Below the pieces are notes generated by a model that saw only the letters and a list, made by a program, of their open reading frames with translations, was not told the origin of the DNA and did no database searches. The position numbers were made by a program, and so were the translations under genes. Positions 1 to 8,161 of a stretch of DNA of 10,888 bases are shown piece by piece. Source of the stretch: a bacterium (GTDB lineage: Bacteria; SAR324; NAC60-12); contig CBDDTI010000397.1 in assembly GCA_965233585.1 (NCBI GenBank), forward strand, positions 1 to 10,888. The letters run 5' to 3'. Position 1 is the first letter of the stretch, and every line of letters begins with the position of its first letter.

Positions 1-614
1 ATGTTGTAATAATTACAGTCGCGTCGTATACATGGCTGGATCTTGTCCAGAATCTGTTGTTGGAGCTTGATAATTTGCTCCTGCTTTCGAATTGTTTCTA
101 AGTAATCTTCACGATCACGTTCAAATTCAGTCTGCAAATCGTCAATCTCGGATTGCGCGGATTTCAATTTTCCTTCCATCTGGTTAATGACATTATTCTT
201 CCCTTTTATCTCGTCTTGCAAGTTGTCGTAAACTTTCACCATTATACCATCATCCTCCATCTTCTTCGCCGCCTTTGCCAGTTTCTCTCTCTGCGACAAA
301 GCGTAGTTCTTCCTAGCTTTTCTTTTTTCTTTCAATTTCTGATCGTTTTTCTTCTCACCGCCAACAAACTTTTCCTGCAGTTCCTGCAGTCTCTTTACCA
401 AGGCATCATTGGGAAGACCTTGACTTAGGAAGCGTAAATCTTCAAGCCCTGGTATGAAGTTCTTGACCTCTTGTACACCCTTGATAGCCTTGTCTTGTAC
501 AGTTTGTAGCATGCTCTGATCTTTGCTCGTGTCCTGCATTCCTTGAAGTGGTCCTGATATCACGTTAAATGCTGCATTTGAGCCCCCAGTCGACGCAACG
601 GGAGGCCGTTGATC
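1..614 (-). CDS. KIF17: KIF17-like coding exon 4 (runs off the window): hinge and distal stalk
   Basis: Acceptor TCTTTCTGTTAG|GAT, phase 0, open to position 1. My translation includes RLQELQEKFVGGE...SEIDDLQTEFERDREDYLETIRKQEQIIKLQQQILDKIQPCIRRDCNYYN, the KIF17-type 'DYLxTIR...IRRDCNY' stalk/tail motif. The ORF track missed it because there is no stop in the window. Confidence 0.92.
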
Positions 615-968
615 CTAACAGAAAGAATGAAAACCGCGCGGTATTTTCAGTTATTTTGCCCTTCGACAAAATTACCTTCAAATTACAGGTAACCTGAAAA
701 TAATACTTAACAAAGATAGAAAAACATCAAAGAGATAGTAATAAAACAAAGGAACCAGGATGGATAAGGATGGAGAAGATTGACACGGATTACAAACAAC
801 AAAATTAAAAAAAATAGGCTAATCTTTTCGAACTGTTTAACCGTGACGTACCCCCTTAATGGTGTATGGAAAGGTTACAAGCATCAGCAGCTTTGATTGG
901 CAGAGTTAGTTTCATAGATAGAGTTAGAGTTATGGCAAAGTTATTTTCAGACATTTCTTTTAACGTAC

Positions 969-1312
969 CAGTTCATTTGCCAATGCAATCACACTAATAG
1001 CACTCTCTGCTGGCACACCTCCCCCACCCAGCCCTACAGGGGCAACGGTGGTCCCAGCTGTAGAACTCCCATAATGCTCCTCCACATTGTGAACCTTTCT
1101 GTTGTAGTCATTCTTCAGCCGTTCCATTTCTTCCTGTAGCTTCTGCTTAGACATAAGTTCTGCTTCATAAGACGACTTCATGTCTGCCAGTTTCGCCTCA
1201 TACTCTTTTCTAAGATTCTCGGTTTCCATGGCAACTAGAGCAGAGTGATCCTGGGATTGTGTCGCTCGGGGCGGGGGCGCTATAGATTGAGCAGGAACAG
1301 CAGGTGAGCCTC
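969..1312 (-). CDS. KIF17: KIF17-like coding exon 3: low-complexity linker and coiled-coil stalk
   Basis: Acceptor TTTTTTTTTCACAACCACAG|GA completes the phase-1 codon G+GA. Encodes the coiled coil ENLRKEYEAKLADMKSSYEAELMSKQKLQEEMERLKNDY. Donor CTG|GTACGT, 344 nt, phase 0. Confidence 0.88.
1222..1235. promoter_or_regulatory. Perfect RFX X-box consensus inside coding exon 3
   Basis: GTTTCCATGGCAAC matches GTTNCCATGGNAAC. The match is certain; function is unproven. Confidence 0.4.
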
Positions 1313-1395
1313 CTGTGGTTGTGAAAAAAAAATTAGATGACAGCTTGACAGCTTCAAATCTACAAACTCTCATCAAAACTCGAAATAAATTATCC

Positions 1396-1538
1396 TGGCC
1401 CAGTTGGTCAGGGGATGGACAATACCAATCATCCAGTGGATAGTGTTAGTGTAGACACAACAAACTAAGCTACATTTTCTATCCACTAGATAGTGATTTT
1501 CCAGTGGAAAGCATAATTCAACCTTTCCAATACTAGGC
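1396..1538. mobile_element. Decayed palindromic MITE (TATCCA/TGGATA-repeat family)
   Basis: GGCCCAGTTG... start, repeated ATCCAGTGGATAG / TATCCACTAGATAG / TTTCCAGTGGAAAG motifs. A related remnant lies at ~4311-4418. Family recognised from memory. Confidence 0.5.
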
Positions 1539-1586
1539 AAAGTGATCTCAAAATTAGCATCCAGTCTTTCTACAAATTTATTGACA

Positions 1587-1816
1587 AAGTCCCATCGTGT
1601 GAACTAGCCATTTTTGGCACAAAATCTAGTTGCAGGGATTAATTTTTTGGTCCCTGCAACTAGTCCCACAAATTCTAACTGGTTGAAACGCAAACGCTTG
1701 GTGTTAATTGTTTATGGGACAAGTCCCTGCAACCAGTTCCTTCAAGCAAACTCATCAGAGCACTAGTTGCAGGGACTAGTCACATGGACTAGTTCCCTCA
1801 CATGTGCCGACCTTTA
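1587..1816. mobile_element. Truncated MITE with GTCCCTGCAAC/GTTGCAGGGAC internal repeats
   Basis: Four copies of the motif in both orientations (~1629, ~1649, ~1723, ~1766), several ACTAGT cores, and a right end ...GTGCCGACCTTTA. The left end is not found. Confidence 0.55.
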
Positions 1817-2374
1817 TGTAAAAAGGGAGGCAACGCAGTAAATTTTTGGATAAAGGTGTTCCACTAGGACCCTGAAGCAACTTTTTCGGCGTAGGTAGAC
1901 AATTCTCTATGGCAGCATGGCTGTCTCACTGGTGCTGACTGAATTTCACTTGTATCTCTATTACCTAACTCTCCTTAACCAGACAGCTACAGTACTGGTA
2001 ACTATGGCCACATCAAAATGTGTCCATTTAGAGAGACTTCACTGCATACCACACTACAGTGTGTTTACAGGGAGCTGCATTTTAGTTCTAACAAACCTGC
2101 CCAAAGGAAGTTACATATACTTTTAAAGGTACAATTATAAAAGAACCAAACTATAAAATCTGTTTGGAATTAAACCCTAAAACATCTCAAGAAAATTACT
2201 GAACAGAAAAATTGTCCTCACAGCCAATCAATTTGCCCCATGCCCAGCCCTTACTGAGTCTCAGAAATGTTGTTAAGCATCAGCTGCAAGCAAAATAGAG
2301 GTGATCAGCAGCTGAATTTTTACAGGTAATCACTGGGTAAGGGACAGCAAACGGTTTTAGCACAACGCAGGTTA

Positions 2375-2644
2375 GAGTGGTTTTCAATTGAGTGTCGTAA
2401 AACCAAAACCAAAGTAATTACTCTAGCCAATCACAAAGAACACACACAATACAGTGAACCAATCAAAACTCGAAGTAATTAAATGAAGCTGATGCAAAGT
2501 GCGGGAAACGCGTGCAAGTGAATCAGGATTGGTTTTGGCTTTACTTCAGATTGGATGAAAAAGTAGCGCGAGTTTTTTAAGCCAATTGTGTGGCGTACAA
2601 AATACAAAACCAATTGCTTTTCGACACTCAAATGAAAACCACTC
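2375..2644. mobile_element. 270-bp MITE with 27-bp TIRs
   Basis: Left GAGTGGTTTTCAATTGAGTGTCGTAAA versus right reverse complement GAGTGGTTTTCATTTGAGTGTCGAAAA (25/27). Flanked by TA on both sides (TTA / TAA). Confidence 0.85.
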
Positions 2645-3032
2645 TAATACACTTGTACAATCATTTGATATAAGAACCAAATGAAAAGTTTGGAAAGAAT
2701 TCCTGCCTACTTGAGTACCAGTGGAACCATAACAAGTAAAGCAATTGAAATAAAATCTTGTTTTAAGCACTTGTTTAGGGTGTTCTCTTTCCATGTACTG
2801 TATTCCACCACCTTGTAAACACAAAGTTTGTTAGCAGCACATTCAAGGCATTGCAAAAGATTGGGAACAACAAGTTTCTGTAAGGTCACTAAAGAAAAAC
2901 AAAATTTAATGGTGACCAGTTCAATAAAATTCTTAGCCAGGAGACTTTTTTGACCAAAAACCCTGGAAACCCCTGAAAAATTATCATACATGTATACAAA
3001 AATAGCATGTTAAACCATTTGAAATATCACAC

Positions 3033-3270
3033 CTGTCGCAAAGTCTGCTGGAACTGCCATCTGACCCATCAACATGGCTTTCAGTTTCTGGATTTCCTCT
3101 TGATATTCCCTGAGAAGTGCATCCTTTGGATCTTCATTGATCTTTGGCTTATTCTTGATGTTCTTTGCACGATTTGCATAACGCAATGTACTCAGGGTCT
3201 CATCATAGTTGTTGTCAGCTGGGCTCAGACATGCCACCATGAGTGTCTTTGTGTTTCCACCTAGTGAGTC
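3033..3270 (-). CDS. KIF17: KIF17-like coding exon 2: end of motor domain, neck linker and neck coil
   Basis: Acceptor TTTATTTCAG|GAC gives [67 protein letters not shown], continuing LLQ|DSLGG. Donor ACAG|GTGTGA, 238 nt, phase 1. Confidence 0.93.
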
Positions 3271-3398
3271 CTGAAATAAAGAGTTTATAGGTTAATTGTT
3301 GTTCTTGTATGGTTAATGGCTGAGTAATAATTATTGAATGAGAGGTTCATTTAAGGTCTGATTTTAAGCTTAGTGGCCTGTCAGTGTCTGCTACAGGT

Positions 3399-3759
3399 CC
3401 CGGGGGGGAGGGGGGTACTCCCTATAATGGCCTAGACGGGGAGGCTCCACCCAAAAGAGGACCTTTTTCACTCTTCAGGTATATAAAAGGGCAGGGATTT
3501 CATTTAGGTATTTGAAAGGGCCTTTAATCATAATATTTCGAATAGACGCCCCTTATGGCTGTATCAGTTTATTTATTAAGCCACACATGAAAACGAGAAC
3601 AAGACTTCATAAAGTAGGTATGTGAAAGGGGTAAAAGGTATATAAAAGGGGTACCTTTTCTGCCAAAATGGTGTATAAAACAGTAAGGGGTTGGACTTCA
3701 GGGCAGAGCCTCCCCATATATTAAACTTTGTTCAGTACTCCCCCCCCCCCCCTCCCTGG
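3399..3759. mobile_element. MITE with CCCGGG-G(n)-TAC ... GTAC-C(n)-CCCTGG termini
   Basis: G-run/C-run inverted ends, internal repeats of AGGTATRTRAAAGGG, and a flanking direct repeat CTACAGGT (3391-3398) / CTACAGAT (3760-3767). Confidence 0.75.
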
Positions 3760-3825
3760 CTACAGATGTACTTGTATCTGCAGGGTTTCCAAGATGTGAA
3801 ATTACCATATTATAATCTTGCCCAC

Positions 3826-3985
3826 CCCAGTATCCACATGGTACTTTGTACTCATTTACAGTACACCTAGGTGTGAGAAGGGCATTGTGAGAGGAGAGTT
3901 ACTTGCCCAAAACCACAACACAATGATCCTTGCCAGGACTTGAACCCCAAGGAATTTGATCCAGGGTCTAGCACACTACCAATTA
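3826..3985 (-). mobile_element. Decayed tRNA-derived (CORE-like) SINE
   Basis: Minus strand has the Pol III B box GGTTCAAGTCC (3946-3936), a degenerate A-box region near 3984-3971, then TGTGTTGTGGTTTTGGGCAAGTAACT resembling the CORE/MIR-type 'TTGGGCAAGT' block. Confidence 0.65.
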
Positions 3986-4190
3986 ATTTGTACAGTAGTT
4001 GAGACTCTCACTAATTGAGTTAAGATATTCTTAAATTCATTCCAGATTTGCAACCTACACAAGTATATTGTTTCTAACTTGACACTTAAAGGCCTAAGAC
4101 TCAGCCACGAGCTACATCCACGTACACAACAGTCTAACCACAGACAGATTAGGCTTAGTCTTCAGCCATGGATGTTTCAGTGCACACACG

Positions 4191-4235
4191 ATCCTCTCCA
4201 CCCTCAGGGCTAGGCACTGTTAGGGTGGAGAGGAT
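4191..4235. repeat. 14-bp perfect inverted repeat with 17-nt spacer (probable mini-MITE remnant)
   Basis: ATCCTCTCCACCCT (4191-4204) / AGGGTGGAGAGGAT (4222-4235). Confidence 0.8.
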
Positions 4236-4310
4236 TGCTACGTACAGGTTTGCTAAATTAAGATATATCGACTTGACAGTGCACCTACACTGTAGAATAG
4301 TCCAAGCCAC

Positions 4311-4418
4311 GTTATCCACTAGATAAATCAGTGTTTGTCACATAGCCTGTGTTTTTGCCCCCTGAAAAGTGATTTATCCAGTGAATAACATCATCAAGCC
4401 TTCAAACACCTAGAGCCT
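4311..4418. mobile_element. Second decayed copy of the TATCCA/TGGATA MITE family
   Basis: TTATCCACTAGATAAATCA ... TGATTTATCCAGTGAATAA form an imperfect inverted pair and resemble 1396-1538. Confidence 0.45.
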
Positions 4419-4516
4419 AATGCCCAGGGTTAAGTTGAGGTACAGACCTCTGCAAACATTTCAGGCCACCAACTTTGGTGCAAAGCAAAATACTACTAGC
4501 ATGAACCTCCACCTAC

Positions 4517-5404
4517 CTGGAGCAGTCTGGTTAACTTGGAGTCACGATAAGGAATGTGCGTTGACTTCCCGTCTACCAGAGCAGATATTACATTGCCCAA
4601 TGCTGACAAGGACAAGTTAATCTTTGTGGCCTCCTTGAGCCGATCGCCCGTAGCACCAGTCTTGGATTGCCTCTCGCTTCCAGCCAAGTCAACAAGATTA
4701 AGTTTACCAGCTCTTACGTGTTCCCCGCTTTCATCTGCTGTCTCCATGATCTCTATGTTAATTGTGAAAATTGAATGTGATCTTGATGAGTCAGCATTCA
4801 TGAGAGTAGCACCAACCGACCGGTTTTTACTCCCGAGATCCATAACCTTCTCCATTTCAGGTACACTGTGAACAGGGTGCATAGTGAGGTCCTTCACATA
4901 GACCCCTCTTTCAGGATGCTCCTTTAGTTCCAACTTTGACTTGTGATCCTTGCCAAGAAGGTCCCTGATTTCTTCATTGTAAATCTCCAGGTATGAGGCA
5001 TGGACCAAGAACTTCATATTCTCAGCAACTTGAATGGCATCAAAGATGTGTTCAAATGCCCGTGGGATTATACCCCTTTGTGTTGGAGGGTCAGTTATTC
5101 CCTGCATGCTGAAGGACTTTCCGCAGCCTGTCTGACCATATGCAAACACAGTACCATTGTACCCTTCTAACACGCCATCAACCAAAGGAAAACAGATATC
5201 ACTGTAAATTGTTTCAGTAGTAGAGTCAATGTAATAAGCACCATCAAATGTGAACATCTTCGGAGGTTGAGTCTTATCTCCAGGTTTGTTCAATCCACAC
5301 TGTCCAGTAGACGAGTCCATCTGTACCACTACTTCACAATTTAAGTCCTTTTCACGTTGGTTAAGAGGACGACAGCGCACAATAACTTTAACTGCTTCTG
5401 CCAT
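4517..5404 (-). CDS. KIF17: Kinesin-2 (KIF17/OSM-3-like) coding exon 1: most of the motor domain (296 codons)
   Basis: Translation [13 protein letters not shown]..., P-loop GQTGCGKS, switch I NADSSRSH, switch [25 protein letters not shown] is in a strong context (GAACCATGG). The exon ends at donor CAG|GTAGGT (GT at 4516-4515), phase 0. Motifs such as [21 protein letters not shown] and [23 protein letters not shown] match the KIF17 subfamily as I recall it. Confidence 0.95.
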
Positions 5405-5468
5405 GGTTCTTCAAGGTTTAAAGAAAGTCAAGAATGTAATGTCACAAGATGCAATAATGCGCATAAAG
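5405..5468 (-). other. Probable 5'UTR part of the ATG-containing exon, preceded by a splice acceptor
   Basis: Minus strand reads TTTTTTCATCTGCTCTTTGTAG|CTTTATG (AG at 5470-5469), a good pyrimidine tract 64 nt upstream of the start codon. Confidence 0.55.
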
Positions 5469-6095
5469 CTACAAAGAGCAGATGAAAAAATCTACATGTA
5501 TGCCAAAAACATCTAGGGATCTGGTTTAAATTTATAAAGCCAATGGACTCCTTTGGGACAAAAATCACACAAAGACTAAGGAAAAAACTATCTGAAAAGA
5601 AAGCACTTGACCTTTTGGTGTCAAATCTACATGTAGAGCAGCCTAAAGGACCAAAAAGTTACGAAAAAATAAAGAAACAATGGCATAATCTAGCTACTTC
5701 ATCAACTTCACATTACTTTTAGTCAATGTGATCTAGTGCATTTCCTTGTTGAGCAACTTTTCACTTCATAATAATACACAGGAATTGAATTGTCACAGAA
5801 ATGTCACTCTTTTCCAGACAAAAAATAATACAAAGGTGCACTCAATCCCATCAATAAATATTAATGTTGCTGAAGGTGATTTGAAGTACAAGTTTGTCGA
5901 GGTTTTCCTTCTATTTTTGGTTTTTGCAACCATTCAAAAATTTTCCCCACAAAAATTTGAAGACTTCAAAAGCAAAAAGAGCTGTGCATTAATTAAACAG
6001 CGTCTGGGATCATTATAGTACGAGTATAATTTTGTAGCAGTAACACCACAAGTTTGCATTTTGCTTTAGTGAACATTAATGCGGGACCCGGAACA

Positions 6096-6135
6096 AGAGC
6101 TCCGACGAAGGGCTAACGCTCGAAACGTCAGCTTT
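6096..6135 (+). ncRNA. Minimal type I hammerhead ribozyme-like motif (U4C variant)
   Basis: Stem I AGAGCT/AGCTTT; core CCGACGA plus an extra A; stem II GGGC-TAAC-GCTC; GAAAC-GTC with predicted cleavage after C6129. Confidence 0.6.
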
Positions 6136-6251
6136 CGAATCTCTTAACGGTGGCTAACTTACATTGTCAACTCAGTTGATAAAACCAAATTATCTTGTAA
6201 TACTCCCACCGACGCAGCACCAAAGTTTCTTTAGAAACTTACCCCCTTTAT
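6096..6251 (+). mobile_element. Penelope-like retroelement terminal (pLTR) fragment
   Basis: Begins with a minimal hammerhead-like motif and continues ...TCAACTCAGTTGATAAAACCAAATT...CCCACCGACGCAGCACCAAAGTTTCTTTAGAAACTTACCCC, which I recall as an abundant coral repeat. The association of minimal hammerheads with Penelope-like elements is established. Confidence 0.65.
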
Positions 6252-6346
6252 TTGTGCAGTGTATGGTTAACAGGTAAACAAAATTAGGGAAATAGAGCCC
6301 TCGAGCGTCCAATATTCCGAATTAAGCACCATTTAACTCATCTTAC

Positions 6347-6716
6347 CTGGAATGGCAATCAACTATAAAGCCTCTAGTTTCGCTAGATTGTTCTGGTACT
6401 GCCAAGCTAACGATGAAAACTGATGAATTCTTCCTTCGTATTTCCACGAACCGGTACTGTCATGCTGACAGCATAACTGTTCAGCGTAGCCTTTGAGTGC
6501 GAATTTAAACCACGATCCTTACTTAGACCATTACGTTCATACAATGAAAGTTAGTTCTGAAGTTCCTGTCCTTAGGGTACTGATAACTTGGGTAGTACAA
6601 GCAAAGAAGCGCGAAGAACTTCACCTTTCGTCTTCGACGGCGACCGCCATCTTCCTAAGTAATGACGTTTTTAGCCTTATTTGGAGCCGGCTTGTATTAG
6701 TTGCAACCATGGCAAC
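6347..6716 (-). promoter_or_regulatory. Candidate KIF17 promoter and non-coding first exon
   Basis: CpG-rich. X-box-like GTTGCCATGGTTGC (6716-6703), YY1 motif AAGATGGCGG (6653-6644), TGACGT half-site (6663-6668) and a strong donor CAG|GTAAGA (GT at 6346-6345). The TSS itself is not observable. Confidence 0.5.
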
Positions 6717-6810
6717 TGTTCCCGCGAAATATCAAACTGAGGCATGCATGGCGTGCAAAATGCAATGTATGTGACCCTATTTGCAAAAATCCGGCATAAG
6801 AGATAAGTCA

Positions 6811-6972
6811 AAAATGCATTGAAAATGCGTTGAAAAATGCATTGAACGTTTTTCAACCCGTTGGAAACGCTTTTCAACGCGCTGTTATTATTTTGGAATG
6901 CGTTGGCAATATCTTTCCTTATGCGTTGGTAACGCTCGACGACGCGTTGAAATTTGGTTGAACAACGCATTG
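6811..6972. repeat. Cluster of ~10 degenerate CAAYGCRTTG-like palindromic motifs
   Basis: AAAATGCATTG-AAAATGCGTTG-AAAAATGCATTG in tandem (6811-6844), then CAACCCGTTG, CAACGCGCTG, AATGCGTTG, ATGCGTTG, GACGCGTTG, CAACGCATTG. Confidence 0.6.
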
Positions 6973-7428
6973 CAAAATTCAGATCGTTTTCATTGTTACG
7001 CAATAAAAAATATATCGAAAACCATCCAGTGCAAAACGTTAAGAAAGTGTGATGTTATAGAAGATAAATAAGATAAACCCATTGATGCCTGTGTGAAATT
7101 GCCTGAGAGCCACCCTTAATTCCCTGGCGTTTTTTTTTAATATTTCAGAGCGAGCGAAAGCAATCTGAACACAAGAAATCAATTAATTTCTTCACCGCGT
7201 GACAAATATCACGGCGCTGTGAAAGAAAGATGAAAGTTGTGAATTTAAAAAGGGCAACAAAAGCAAGCCAATTATTTTGAGATCGGTCGTATTTCAACTG
7301 TGTTAAGTTAGTGGCCATCTAGTTCTTTTCTTGGCAGTTCTGTAGTAGCTGAATAACACTCCAAAAAAACATTTGAACGAAGCGAATAAACTTAATTAAT
7401 AAACAAACCGCGCTTGGTCGTCGTGAAT

Positions 7429-7600
<172 letters not shown>

Positions 7601-8008
7601 ATCCACGATCATACCTACATATCTCACAATCAACCTTGTATTGAAATTGTTTGTTTTCCATTTATCTCTTTTTCTTTTTCCCTTTAACACTTTATTTCTT
7701 AGTCATAATTGTAAATATTACATTAGTACTATTTATCATCTTCTATATGTTATTTGTATTTATATAGTAACCAAATCAATGCGCGCGTTGTGATTGGTCA
7801 ATCAGTTGTGGGTTATTGTGCCCGTAAACCCACGGAAAAATCGCGCGTCTTCTGAATTATTATATAAAAGCAATAGACCACAAGTTTCTATGGGTAAAAA
7901 GCTAATAAACCACTTGGGATGTTGGTAGAACACCTTAAGAATTCGTAAATCACTTGCCTTCTCGTGTCCTACCAACATCCCGCGTGGTTTATCAGCTTAT
8001 AAACCATA

Positions 8009-8161
8009 CACGAAAATTTGCAAGGCTGATTACACAGTATAGAGATATATTTTTTCCAATATTTCGGAAGGCACGGCCTTCCTTCTTCAGGGTGTTACAG
8101 AGAATGACTAAAGTTTTTAACGTTACAAGTTTAAAATATGGTAAATACGATATAACAAATG
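8009..8161 (-). mobile_element. 153-bp Penelope-like insertion with a 7-bp TSD
   Basis: Flanked by AACCATA at 8002-8008 and 8162-8168; removing it restores the host hairpin arm. No TIRs. Contains a hammerhead-like motif on the minus strand. Confidence 0.7.
8056..8092 (-). ncRNA. Minimal hammerhead ribozyme-like motif
   Basis: Minus strand CC-CTGAAGA-A-GGAAGGC-CGT-GCCTTCC-GAAA-TATT-GG: intact CUGANGA and GAAA cores and a 7-bp stem II, but only a 2-bp stem I and an AUU cleavage triplet. Confidence 0.45.

Noticed and set aside
1998..2011. X-box-like GTAACTATGGCCAC in an intron
   Set aside because: Weak match, and it lies in what looks like a decayed repeat end (~1900-2045).
3936..3985. tRNA gene
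   Set aside because: A B box is present but no cloverleaf can be folded; better explained as a SINE head.
4091..4167. Imperfect 16-bp inverted repeat GGCCTAAGACTCAGCC / GGCTTAGTCTTCAGCC
   Set aside because: Only 13/16 with no TSD; too weak to call an element.
4496..4516. C-terminal VGGGSC-stop of the 302-aa ORF, implying a truncated kinesin
   Set aside because: Intron read-through; the motor continues in the next exon (DSLGGNTKT).
153..5516. Plus-strand ORFs at 153-428, 3007-3264, 4420-4620, 4554-4871 and 5286-5516
   Set aside because: Antisense shadows of kinesin exons with no independent coding signal.
8009..8161. P-type MITE interpretation of the 153-bp insert (CA...TG ends, 7-bp TSD)
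   Set aside because: Inverted similarity stops after 2 bp; the hammerhead-like motif favours a Penelope-like origin.
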